DNA of 64,000 nt from an uncultured Phaeodactylibacter sp. (lineage in GTDB: Bacteria > Bacteroidota > Bacteroidia > Chitinophagales > Saprospiraceae). The stretch lies in contig CAJXNH010000020.1 in assembly GCA_913057245.1 (NCBI GenBank), positions 1-64,000 on the forward strand. The letters are read 5' to 3'. This document shows, in pieces, positions 20,053 through 29,558 of the stretch. Each line of letters opens with the position of its first letter. Position 1 is the first letter of the stretch. Position numbers and translations under genes: made by a program. The notes beneath the pieces are model-generated. The model did not search any database. It was not told where the DNA came from and saw nothing but the letters and a program-made list of their open reading frames with translations.

Positions 20053-21363
20053 TTACAGCCCGTATTGCTTGATCTTGCGGTAGAGGGTCCGCTCAGAGAT
20101 GCCTAAATCAGAAGCGGCTTCCTTGCGCCGGCCATTGTGCTTGCGCAGGGCTTTATAGATCAGCTCCTTTTCGTTGTCTTCCAGGGAGAGATTCTCTTCC
20201 AGCTCTTCCGTTTGAGCATAATGCTGCTGCTGTTCCGGATCATCGTGGTTGAGAATGATGGGCTTTACGCTCTCGGGCAAATCCTGTGCAGGGAAGTCAT
20301 CATCGTGGTAGTCGTGGAGAAAGTCGGTGACGTCGCGTTTGTCGGCAGCATTCGTACCAGGATAGTCGGAGGAAGGCGCCTGCAGGCTGCGGATATCACT
20401 GGCATCAGGCACGCGGAGGTCATTGTTGCGAATGAGTTCAAAAACGAGCGTCTTCAGGTCATTCAGGTCGTTCTTCATGTCAAGCATGAGCTTGTAGAAG
20501 ATTTCCCGCTCCTGCATGCTGACGCCATCTCCATCGCCTCCTTTGCGTTCGGCAATCATCGGCAGGTTGCGGCGGCTGAGCTGTGGGGCGTACTGCAGCA
20601 AATGCTCAGCATCCAGTAGTTTCTCCTCTGCCATCACGGAGGCCTGCTCCGCCACATTTTTGAGTTCCCGTATATTGCCGGGCCAGCTGTAGTTTTCCAG
20701 CATCAGCCGGGCCTTATCATCCAGTTGAATGGAAGCCATCCGGTACTTTTCGGCAAAGTCAGTAGCGAATTTCCGGAAGAGCATGTAAATGTCCTCCCGC
20801 CGTTCCCGCAGCGGTGGCACACTGATGGGCACCGTATTCAGGCGGTAGTATAGGTCTTCCCGGAATTTGCCTTTCTTTACCGCTTCCAGCAGGGAAACAT
20901 TGGTAGCCGCAATGATGCGCACATCCGTTTTATGCACCTTGGAGGCACCTACCCGGATGAATTCTCCGGTTTCCAGCACGCGCAGCAGAAAGGACTGCGT
21001 ATCCATGGGCATCTCGCCGATCTCATCCAGGAAAATCGTACCGCCGTCATAAGTCTCAAAGTACCCTTTGCGCTCACTGGTGGCTCCGGTGAAGGCCCCT
21101 TTCTCATGCCCAAACAGCTCAGAGTTGATCGTGCCCTCCGGAATGGCCCCGCAGTTGATGGCAATGAAGTTGTTGTGCTTGCGGGCACTCAGCGCATGAA
21201 TGATTTTGGAAAACACCTCCTTACCCACACCGCTTTCCCCTGTAATCAGCACAGACAAGTCTGTACCCGATACGCGGACGGCAGTGCTCAGCGCGCGGTC
21301 GAGTAGGGGAGACCGCCCGATGATGCCAAAGCGTTGTTTGATGGATTGGAGGTTGGCGTCCAT
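20053..21363 (-). CDS. sigma-54-dependent transcriptional activator (AAA+ plus Fis-type HTH, no N-terminal sensor/receiver domain)
   Basis: 436 aa. Walker A GESGVGKE, GAFTGA motif (EKGAFTGA) and an R-finger region. The C-terminal HTH reads ASDLGISERTLYRKIKQYGL. The sigma-54 domain begins within ~20 aa of the N-terminus. Confidence 0.8.
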   Translation of the reverse strand: MDANLQSIKQRFGIIGRSPLLDRALSTAVRVSGTDLSVLITGESGVGKEVFSKIIHALSARKHNNFIAINCGAIPEGTINSELFGHEKGAFTGATSERKGYFETYDGGTIFLDEIGEMPMDTQSFLLRVLETGEFIRVGASKVHKTDVRIIAATNVSLLEAVKKGKFREDLYYRLNTVPISVPPLRERREDIYMLFRKFATDFAEKYRMASIQLDDKARLMLENYSWPGNIRELKNVAEQASVMAEEKLLDAEHLLQYAPQLSRRNLPMIAERKGGDGDGVSMQEREIFYKLMLDMKNDLNDLKTLVFELIRNNDLRVPDASDIRSLQAPSSDYPGTNAADKRDVTDFLHDYHDDDFPAQDLPESVKPIILNHDDPEQQQHYAQTEELEENLSLEDNEKELIYKALRKHNGRRKEAASDLGISERTLYRKIKQYGL

Positions 21364-21398
21364 TTGGGGTGGTTGGTTTTCGGTATAAAAAATCTGGC

Positions 21399-22841
21399 TT
21401 ATGCCTGTACCATCTCGCCAATCAGGGTGGCACTTGTGGTATCGTTTACTTTGACGTAGCAGTAGTCGCCGGGTTTGTAACCAGGCTGTTTGTCGAATAC
21501 CAGCATCTTATTTTGGGAATTCCGACCCTTAAACTGCTGATCGGACTTCTTGGAATCGCCCTCGATCAATACTTTGAAGGTCTTGCCGATGTCCTGCTTG
21601 TTGTGGGCAAAGGATACCTGCGTTTGCAAACGGATGATTTCCTGCAGGCGGCGTTTCTTTACCTCCAGCGGGATATCGTCCTCATACTTCCGGGCAGCCA
21701 GAGTACCGGGGCGCTCCGAGTAGTAGAACATATAGGACATGCTGTAATTCGCAAATTCAATCATGCTCAGAGTCTCCTGATGTTCTTCTTCCGTTTCGCT
21801 GCAGAAGCCGGCGATGATGTCGGAGGAAATCGCACAGTCGGGCATGATTTCGTAGATGCGGCGTACCTTATTCATGTACCACTCCCGGTCGTAAGTCCGG
21901 TTCATCAGGTCAAGCACACGACTGTTGCCAGACTGTACCGGCAGGTGGATGTACTTGCAGATGTTATCGTGCTTTTTCATGGTATAGAGCACCTCGTCCG
22001 TAATGTCTTTCGGGTGAGAAGTGCTGAACCGTATGCGGAGGTCCGGGTGGACCAGTGCCACCATTTCCAGGAGGTTGGCAAAAGTGACGGTCTGCTCCGT
22101 CTCCGGGTTTTCCCATTTGTAGGAGTCGACGTTTTGCCCCAGCAGGGTAACTTCCCGGTAGCCCCGTTCGTACAAATCAGTGGCTTCCGCTACGATACTA
22201 AAGGCATTGCGGCTCCGCTCCCGCCCGCGGGTGAAAGGCACCACACAGAAGGAGCACATATTGTCACAGCCCCGCATGATGGAGATGAACGCCGTCACGC
22301 CATTACTGTCAAGGCGCATGGGGTTGATGTCGGCGTAGGTCTCTTCACGGGAGAGGAATACATTGATCCCTTTATCGCCATCTTCAGCCGTGGCGATGAG
22401 TTTGGGCAGATCGCGGTAGGCATCCGGGCCAATGACCAGGTCTACCAGCTTCTCTTCGTCCAGCAGCTTGGTCTTCAGGCGCTCCGCCATACAGCCGAGC
22501 ACGCCTACCAAAGTACCGGGGCGGTTTTCCTTCACCTTGTCGAACACCCGTAGCCGCTTGCGTACGGTATCCTCCGCTTTCTCGCGGATAGAGCAGGTGT
22601 TGATAAGAATGAGGTCTGCGATTTCCATATTGCGGGTGGACTGATACCCTTCCTGCCCCAAAATGGACGCTACGATTTCGCTGTCGCTGAAATTCATCTG
22701 GCAGCCGTAACTCTCAATATAGAAATGCCGGCCCCCTTCCGGATGAGCCTCTGCGGCCTGTTCCTGGAAGAAAGCTTCGCCCTGTCGCTGTTCGTCTATG
22801 GTCTTGGTCAAGCCGACCAAGGTTGGATTGTCATCGTACAT
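21399..22841 (-). CDS. miaB: tRNA-2-methylthio-N6-dimethylallyladenosine synthase
   Basis: 480 aa with the MTTase N-domain Cys ([15 protein letters not shown]), a radical-SAM CxxxCxxC ([12 protein letters not shown]) and a C-terminal TRAM domain. Confidence 0.88.
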   Translation of the reverse strand: MYDDNPTLVGLTKTIDEQRQGEAFFQEQAAEAHPEGGRHFYIESYGCQMNFSDSEIVASILGQEGYQSTRNMEIADLILINTCSIREKAEDTVRKRLRVFDKVKENRPGTLVGVLGCMAERLKTKLLDEEKLVDLVIGPDAYRDLPKLIATAEDGDKGINVFLSREETYADINPMRLDSNGVTAFISIMRGCDNMCSFCVVPFTRGRERSRNAFSIVAEATDLYERGYREVTLLGQNVDSYKWENPETEQTVTFANLLEMVALVHPDLRIRFSTSHPKDITDEVLYTMKKHDNICKYIHLPVQSGNSRVLDLMNRTYDREWYMNKVRRIYEIMPDCAISSDIIAGFCSETEEEHQETLSMIEFANYSMSYMFYYSERPGTLAARKYEDDIPLEVKKRRLQEIIRLQTQVSFAHNKQDIGKTFKVLIEGDSKKSDQQFKGRNSQNKMLVFDKQPGYKPGDYCYVKVNDTTSATLIGEMVQA

Positions 22842-23025
22842 CGTCGTCCCGTTTTCAAAGTAGTCGGCAAAGATAAAATAAATTCACCGGCTGAGTGACA
22901 ATTTGGCAGGCAGATTTTGTAATTTGTCTTTGACTATATCTTATTGTGAAATCCTTAACCATATAGGGCACACCAAGTTCGCCTGCTATAGCATCCATTT
23001 AAAACTAAAACCAAACCTGAAAACC

Positions 23026-23844
23026 ATGAAGAGGACACTTCGCACTTTGATCCCATTATTCGTACTGGCTTTTTCAGCTATGGCCTGTGACGGACGCTCT
23101 GGCTCCTCAGATTATTCCTATGCCAGTGAGGAAGCTCGGGCTATCCCTGATCAAACTACCGAAGCCAAATCAGGTGGTAGCTCCGGAGAGACTGTCCCGG
23201 AAAAGAAAGTGATCCGCACGGCCCGGTTGCGGATGGAAGTGGCCGACTACGAGGAGGCGATTAGGAAGGCGAAGCAGGTCATCACAGCATTTGAGGCAGA
23301 AATTACATCGGAGGAAGAGCGGCAGTACGGGCAGCAACTGGAGAATCAGCTGGTGATTCGGCTGGCACCTGCAAAACTGGACTCCCTGCTCAATGCCCTG
23401 GAAGGGCTGGCGCTGCAAATTGACTCCCGTTCGGTAAATGCAGAGGATGTCACGCGGCGGTACGTCGACCTTGAAACCCGGCTGGCATCCAAACGCGCCG
23501 TCATTGCCCGCTACCAAGAGCTATTGGCGGAAGCCCGGAATGTGAACGACGTGCTGGCAGTGGAGAACAACCTGCGGCAGGTCATCGAGGAGGTGGAGTC
23601 CATGGAGGCCCAGTTCCGTTACCTGAAGCAGCAGGTAGACCGCAGCACCATTTACCTGACCCTGTACGAGACCAGCTCAGCGGGTATTGCCCAGCGCAGC
23701 TTTGGCAGTAAAATAGCGATGGCTTTTGCAGATGGATGGGGGCTGCTGAATAACCTCGTACTTGGTGCCATCACGGCCTGGCCCGTACTGATTCTACTGG
23801 CACTGCTCATTTGGTGGTGGCGCCGGCGACGGGCAAAGCGATAG
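23026..23844 (+). CDS. DUF4349-like secreted/membrane-anchored coiled-coil protein
   Basis: Signal/lipoprotein-like MKRTLRTLIPLFVLAFSAMAC, a coiled-coil middle, and a C-terminal TM helix plus basic tail (WWWRRRRAKR). The start is chosen at the internal Met (ORF track 22903). Confidence 0.55.
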   Translation: MKRTLRTLIPLFVLAFSAMACDGRSGSSDYSYASEEARAIPDQTTEAKSGGSSGETVPEKKVIRTARLRMEVADYEEAIRKAKQVITAFEAEITSEEERQYGQQLENQLVIRLAPAKLDSLLNALEGLALQIDSRSVNAEDVTRRYVDLETRLASKRAVIARYQELLAEARNVNDVLAVENNLRQVIEEVESMEAQFRYLKQQVDRSTIYLTLYETSSAGIAQRSFGSKIAMAFADGWGLLNNLVLGAITAWPVLILLALLIWWWRRRRAKR

Positions 23845-24362
23845 TACTACAAGGTGGAGTTACTCAACCTGTATTCGGTCAGATTCGGCGAATCGGTTCG
23901 TGAGGTGCTGCGAAGGAGTAGTCCGACACAGCCTATCCCAGCCGGTTTTGACCCGAAAAGCCCATCATTATTGGGATCACAAACAGGATTATTGCAAAGA
24001 GTATCATCAAAGAAAAAGTTCCGCCTGTCATGATTGTCGATTTTGGTGATGAATTGTCTTCAAGGTAAGGGTATACGGGCTCAACCGAATTGATAGGCGT
24101 CACCAAAAAAGGTTGATATTTGTTTGCAAAAAAATGCAGGGTTCGGGAATTTTTCCTTTCGAACTACTGTATGTATCTCTGACAAGAGCGAACAACCTTT
24201 ACAAATGCAATACGGCGTGCAGTTTTCACGCCATAAAGAGGCTTACCTTATTCTATCCGAACCGTAGCAGCGTTTCTGTACAGCGCTCTGGTGCCCGCCT
24301 GTTTGGGGTAGGGTATACCGTTTGGTACCATAGGCTTGCATAAGCATCTGGATACTGGAGTC

Positions 24363-24420
24363 GATGGTTCGAATCCATCTGGCGCTTAATCGTGCCATAG
24401 TTCAGCGGGTTAGAACACAG
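24363..24420 (+). other. tRNA-like fragments: T-arm plus 3' acceptor strand, followed by a D-arm-like element, inside an ORF-free region (candidate structured ncRNA or tRNA remnant)
   Basis: GATGG-TTCGAAT-CCATC (24363-24379) is a perfect 5-bp T-stem with a canonical T-loop, followed by TGGCGCT+T. 24397-24416 TA-GTTC-AGCGGGTTA-GAAC mimics U8A9 plus a D-arm. No complete cloverleaf could be assembled by eye. Confidence 0.25.
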
Positions 24421-24908
24421 TACTTGCTTTCACGGGGCTTTGCCCTGTACCAACCGCCATTTTGGGCAATGGACTGATAATCCATCTGGAAGTTCTCAGG
24501 TTCTTCCCTGTAAAAAACCTGGACCGTACGTGCAGCAGCGGATGCCCGTGGATTTTACAGTCAGGCTGTAAGCGATTCACCATCCTAAGGGCTACCGGTT
24601 GGGCAGGATACCGTCTGCCGGAGGCTGTGCACTTGGAAAGGTTTTCTGTGCATACCCGGTGTGCAACTACCGGGCATTGTACCGAATGTCTTTTTCGTGG
24701 CGCTGTGGAGCAGCGGGGTACCCCTGTTGCATTGCAGGGCTGCGGGCTAAAGCAACTCCTGGTGATGGGCCAGGTTGCTAAGGCTCAACTGTACAGGCTG
24801 CCACAGACTGAATGCCGGGCTCGTATCCCTGGGATTGAGGCGCCGTTGCTGTACGTTTTGTAAGGAATCAAAATTTTTAAATAGTTCACAACTGCAAAAA
24901 ACCAAGTC

Positions 24909-26012
24909 ATGAAATTCGTAACGATCAGCCGTCATGAGGTTGGCCTGTTGTTCCGGGGCAAGTCCTTCGTAGGCGTACGTCTGGAAGGCTGGCATTGGGT
25001 GGGCTGGGGGCAGCGGCTGGTGCTCTACGACCGGACCACGTCATTGGTCTTGCCTGTTGACCTGAGCATCCTGCTGGAGGATGAGCGCTTTCGGGCTGAA
25101 GTCCACCTGGTAGAAGTAAAGGACCACGAGCGTTGCCTGGAGTACCGGGACGGGCTGTTCCACAACCTGTTGTTGCCAGGGCGCCATGTCTACTGGAAGT
25201 CTGGTATCGACTACGACTTCCGGATGGTAGATACCCGCAAGGATGAAGTCGGGGCCGTTATCGAACCAGAGTTGCTCACCAAATTGGTGGTTTTCCGTCA
25301 GGTACACCGGTACGATGTGGCTACCCATGAGACTGGCCTCCTGCTGATTGACGGTGAGCTGAAGCAAAAGCTGTCTGCCGGTCGGCACTACTTCTGGAAA
25401 ACCGCTCAGCACCTGAAAGTGCTTTTGGCTGACCTAAGGGTACAGACCATGGAGGTCAGCGGGCAGGAAATCCTCACCAAAGACCGGGTGGGCATCCGGC
25501 TCAACTTCCAATTGCAATACCGCATCACGGATGTGGAGCGGGCATTGCTGGAAGTGAGCGATATGCCCCGCCAATTGTACCTGTTGGTGCAATTAGCACT
25601 GCGGTCTTATGTGGGCACCCGGACGTTGGACGAGCTGCTGGCTGGTAAGGACAGCGTCTACAACAGCATCCAGGACGAACTGGCTAAAGCCGCTGAAAGC
25701 CTGGGGATAGCCGTTTTGTCCGGAGGTCTAAAGGACATCATCTTACCGGGCGAAATCCGGGAGATCATGAACCGGGTCCTCGTGGCTGAAAAGCAGGCTC
25801 AGGCCAATACCATCCTCCGGCGGGACGAAGCAGCTGCCACCCGTAGCCTGCTCAACTCCGCTAAGCTGATGGAGGACAACGCCATGTTGCTCCGCCTCAA
25901 GGAGATGGAGTATGTGGAGAAGATCGCCGAGAAGATCAACACCCTTTCTGTCTCCGGTGGCGGACAGGTGATTGAACAGTTGCGCGAACTTTTTATCGCG
26001 GATAAAAAGTAG
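24909..26012 (+). CDS. SPFH/band-7 (stomatin/prohibitin-like) domain protein
   Basis: 367 aa with SPFH-like core segments (TKDRVGIRLNFQLQYRITDVERALLEVSD..., LGIAVLSGGLKDIILPGEIREIMNRVLVAEKQAQANTI). Confidence 0.65.
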   Translation: MKFVTISRHEVGLLFRGKSFVGVRLEGWHWVGWGQRLVLYDRTTSLVLPVDLSILLEDERFRAEVHLVEVKDHERCLEYRDGLFHNLLLPGRHVYWKSGIDYDFRMVDTRKDEVGAVIEPELLTKLVVFRQVHRYDVATHETGLLLIDGELKQKLSAGRHYFWKTAQHLKVLLADLRVQTMEVSGQEILTKDRVGIRLNFQLQYRITDVERALLEVSDMPRQLYLLVQLALRSYVGTRTLDELLAGKDSVYNSIQDELAKAAESLGIAVLSGGLKDIILPGEIREIMNRVLVAEKQAQANTILRRDEAAATRSLLNSAKLMEDNAMLLRLKEMEYVEKIAEKINTLSVSGGGQVIEQLRELFIADKK

Positions 26013-26028
26013 ACAAGGGTTTGCTGTA

Positions 26029-26057
26029 GGGCTGCTCCGTTTGGGGCAGCCCTTTTT
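26029..26057 (+). terminator. Rho-independent terminator after the SPFH gene
   Basis: GGGCTGC...GCAGCCC hairpin followed by TTTTT. Confidence 0.55.
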
Positions 26058-26065
26058 CAATGCAC

Positions 26066-28375
26066 TTAGAAATCAAAGTCCAGTCGCATCGTCAAATTGC
26101 GGGGCGCTTCCATAATGCCCGGCCGGGGCGAGTAGGCTTCATTGAGCAGGTTGTTGAGCAGCAGGGATAGTTTAACAGACTCGGTCAGTTTATAGCTACC
26201 TCGAAGGTTGACCACTGTAAAACCCCTGTCGTTGCGTGCGCGGAAGTCCCTCAGCCCGCTGATGAACAGCAGGAATGCCGCATCAATGGCTTCGATTTGA
26301 CTGTTGTAGAAAGTCTCAACACCAAAGGACGCCTTTTTATAATCCGCCTGTAGGTCGAGTTTGAACAGGTGGCGGGAGCGGTACTTCAGGATATTCTCAT
26401 CTGAAGACGAATTGTTGGCGTTGATTTGCCCCTGTGTGCGGTCCTGACCGGCAGGAACGCGGGTGGTGTCAAAGGCCTCAAAACGCGGATCAACGTAGGT
26501 GTATCCGGCCAGTAAGCTTACCGGAAGGCCTAAAATTTCCCCTCTGCCCGCCGCTGTGACCTCGAATCCATCAATCTGGGTGTCTCCAATATTGATGGCC
26601 TGAAAACTAAAGCCTACAATATTGAACTCCATCATATCAAAGTAGCGGGAGCGGAAGACCGCAAAGTCCAGAAACCCTTCAAAATTGGAAACCCGGAAGC
26701 CTTGCTTGACGCCTAGTTCTGCTGTCCAGCCGGTCTCAGATTGCAAGGTGGGGTTGGGGACGATGCGCAGCGCACCGGCATCTGTCACGATATATTTTTC
26801 TGCTACGGTTGGGTAGCGGTAGCCCTGCCCCCAGCTCGCCCGCAGGAAGGTCGCCCTGCCGGCCTGATAGTTGAGCCCGAGGCGCGCCACGGGTTTGGCT
26901 TCCTCCTCATCGGAAGGGTCCACCGTGCCGCCATCGTACTCAAAACCCGGATTACGCAGCACATTACGCTCATAGCGGAACCCCACTGAGGCATTCAGTT
27001 TGCCAAAAAACTCCTTATCGAATTGGGCGTAGGCCGCCAGGTTGCGGGAGGTGAAGGTAGTGTCGCCGTACAGCTCCGCTTCGATATCGGTACCCGACCC
27101 GACCAGGCCGGCCGTAAAGACCAGGTCTGCTGCTGCCATCCGGCGCTGGAACTGATACTCCGCGTAGAACATATCCGAGAAATTACTCTGATTGAGGTCG
27201 TTTTCATTGTCGATATTGTAGAAGCGGCTCAGGATGCGGTGGCGGTTGTTGGCGCCATCGTAGTAGGTGACGGTTGGGTCGATATTGTAGCGCAACCGGC
27301 GGCGGCCACCAAGCGTATTGGGCCCCGGCTGATAGGCAGCGGTATCACTGGCCCAATAAAAGAAAGAGGCGGTCTCTCCGGCGTTGATATTGGCATTCAG
27401 CCCGATGGTCAGGCGGTCGGTAGCGCGGTAGCGGGTGCCTACATTGAAGCGGCCGGTACGGCGGAATGCCCCTTCGTTATAGCTCTCTTCATTCAGGTAA
27501 TAGCCGCCCATAACCAGGTCCAGCTTGCCCATCTTACGGCGGTGGGCTACACTCGCTCCGATGGTGCGCGGCGCGGTATCCCACCATTTCAGGCGTTCAT
27601 CTTCGGGGCTGAAGTTATGGGTGTAAAAGACCGCTGCTTCGGTCTCCGGTGCTGATTTGGCGTAAGCTGTACGGACGTTGATGATGCCGTTGAGCGCGGA
27701 AGAACCGTACAGCGCCGAGCCCGCGCCCTTGACCACTTCCACCTGCGCGATATTTTCGATCGGCACATCATCCCAGTTGGGGAAGCCGGCATCGGCAGAG
27801 AGGATGGGGATATCATCCACCAGCAGCAGTACCCGGCTGCCAGCACCCTGTGAATAGCCCGAGCCCCCCCGGATATTCGCCTGCCCGTCAATGATGGTGA
27901 CGCCCGGCAGTTTCTCCAGCGCCTCGTCAATGGATACCTTGCCCGTGTTCTCAATCAGGTCAGGTTGCAGGACTTCCAGGGAGACGGTCACCTTGCTGAG
28001 CGGCTTTTCGAATTTACCGCTGGTTACGGTAGCGGTTTCGAGCACGGTCGCGCGGGGATCGAGCGCCATATTCAGCTCAATGGTGCCTCCTTCCGGCAGA
28101 TTTACTTCTGTTTCATAGGTTTCATAACCTACATAACTGGCCTTCAGGAGGTGTTTACCAGGGTCGGCCTCCAGCTCGTAGAACCCATCAAAGTTGGTTA
28201 CGGTACCCTGGCCTTGCAGGCTGATGGTCGCTGCAATCAGAGGCTCTCCGGTTTTGGCGTCCGTGACCCGTCCGGTGAGCAGGGCTTGCTGAGCAGAAAG
28301 GAAAGCAGCGGGAAACAGAAAAATTAGCAAAAGGTAGTACTTGGTCATATGCAATGAATTAGGCACAGCACTCAA
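26066..28375 (-). CDS. TonB-dependent outer-membrane receptor with N-terminal carboxypeptidase-regulatory-like domain
   Basis: 769 aa with a signal peptide, then a CarbopepD_reg-like domain (LLTGRVTDAKTGEPLIAATISLQGQGTVTNFDGFYEL), a plug, and a beta-barrel ending in ...NLTMRLDFDF (C-terminal aromatic). Confidence 0.85.
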   Translation of the reverse strand: MSAVPNSLHMTKYYLLLIFLFPAAFLSAQQALLTGRVTDAKTGEPLIAATISLQGQGTVTNFDGFYELEADPGKHLLKASYVGYETYETEVNLPEGGTIELNMALDPRATVLETATVTSGKFEKPLSKVTVSLEVLQPDLIENTGKVSIDEALEKLPGVTIIDGQANIRGGSGYSQGAGSRVLLLVDDIPILSADAGFPNWDDVPIENIAQVEVVKGAGSALYGSSALNGIINVRTAYAKSAPETEAAVFYTHNFSPEDERLKWWDTAPRTIGASVAHRRKMGKLDLVMGGYYLNEESYNEGAFRRTGRFNVGTRYRATDRLTIGLNANINAGETASFFYWASDTAAYQPGPNTLGGRRRLRYNIDPTVTYYDGANNRHRILSRFYNIDNENDLNQSNFSDMFYAEYQFQRRMAAADLVFTAGLVGSGTDIEAELYGDTTFTSRNLAAYAQFDKEFFGKLNASVGFRYERNVLRNPGFEYDGGTVDPSDEEEAKPVARLGLNYQAGRATFLRASWGQGYRYPTVAEKYIVTDAGALRIVPNPTLQSETGWTAELGVKQGFRVSNFEGFLDFAVFRSRYFDMMEFNIVGFSFQAINIGDTQIDGFEVTAAGRGEILGLPVSLLAGYTYVDPRFEAFDTTRVPAGQDRTQGQINANNSSSDENILKYRSRHLFKLDLQADYKKASFGVETFYNSQIEAIDAAFLLFISGLRDFRARNDRGFTVVNLRGSYKLTESVKLSLLLNNLLNEAYSPRPGIMEAPRNLTMRLDFDF

Positions 28376-28584
28376 AAGTGGTGGCTGTGGATGATCTCCA
28401 AAATGTTCAGGGTGCTAATTTCAGGGCGTGTGGAACGACAAATGTAAGGTATTGGGCTTATTTGACAAGCAAGTTGCTTAAAAAAATCGCTTTGCACGCA
28501 GCCGACAGATATCCACATATCCATTCAGCTTTCCTAAAAGTTTTCTAACTTCGTCGACTGAATTCTTTACCAAACAACACGATT

Positions 28585-29382
28585 ATGAATCGAATTGTAC
28601 TGATTTTCTTGGGGGTTATCCTCGCCAGCGTTGGGTATGCGCAGGATTGCCAGCCGGACGAAACAGTTCCGGATTCGGTGGTGGTTGCTCCACTGCCTTA
28701 CAATGAAATGCAACGCCCTGAGGGCGGTATTGCGGATACGGCTTGTGTGGGCAGCCCGTATGAGTTTATCTTTACCTTCAATATCCCGGCGGTCTATAAT
28801 GTGAGCGGTTTTGAAGTGCCGCTCATTGATGTGAGCATCCCTGCGGAAGATGGGATTGATAACCTGCCGGCCTCTATGGATTATGTTTGTAATCCGCCCA
28901 ACTGCGTTTTTGCCGCCGAGACCAAAGGCTGCATCCTGGTGTCTGGTACAGCCACGGCTGATGAAGTAGGTCAGCACGACCTGACGATCGCGGCAGTCAT
29001 TAATGCCGGGCTAGAACTTGAAGTTACAGTCCCTGGCGATCTGGAGGCAGATGCCCACTACTATCTTTTTGTAAAGGAAGAAGGTAGTACCAACTGCTTC
29101 TCCAACACCAACGAGGCCTTTGCAGCAGACTTTGGGCTGAGCAACCGCCCCAACCCATTCGGTAACCTCACGCAGGTGGTGGTGGATGCCAAACAGTCGG
29201 GCCTGTACCAGTTCTTCGTTACGGATTTGCTGGGCCGTCAGGTGCACCAACAGCAAATTCAGCTGATCGAAGGTGAAAACCACATCGACTTCAACGGTAG
29301 CCAACTGGCAGAAGGCATGTACCTTTATGGTATTACCGATGGCCGCCACGCCGCTACCTCCAAAATGATTATCAACCGGTAG
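28585..29382 (+). CDS. T9SS C-terminal-domain secreted protein
   Basis: 265 aa with a signal peptide (MNRIVLIFLGVILASVGYAQ) and a C-terminal CTD (NRPNPFGNLTQVVVDAKQSGLYQFFVTDLLGRQV...GMYLYGITDGRHAATSKMIINR). Confidence 0.7.
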   Translation: MNRIVLIFLGVILASVGYAQDCQPDETVPDSVVVAPLPYNEMQRPEGGIADTACVGSPYEFIFTFNIPAVYNVSGFEVPLIDVSIPAEDGIDNLPASMDYVCNPPNCVFAAETKGCILVSGTATADEVGQHDLTIAAVINAGLELEVTVPGDLEADAHYYLFVKEEGSTNCFSNTNEAFAADFGLSNRPNPFGNLTQVVVDAKQSGLYQFFVTDLLGRQVHQQQIQLIEGENHIDFNGSQLAEGMYLYGITDGRHAATSKMIINR

Positions 29383-29558
29383 TACCCCTGCTGGGTCTCC
29401 AAGAATTCAGTCCTTCTGACAAGGAGCGGGGTGCTGCCCACCCTGCAGCGTGAAGCCCCGCTCCGACACCCTATAAAATTTTCTTTACTGGCAAACCGTT
29501 CCTGTACAGTGCCTTGTGCTGCACAAGGGTGGTCTTGTCGTTTAAAATTCAGAAGGAC

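Noticed and set aside
24050-24900. tmRNA (ssrA)
   Set aside because: A tRNA-like T-arm/acceptor end is present. However, I could not find a GGGGCUG 5' strand pairing with it, a G3:U70 alanine identity pair, or a credible tag-peptide reading frame ending in ...ALAA*. I kept it only as an unresolved tRNA-like or ncRNA candidate.
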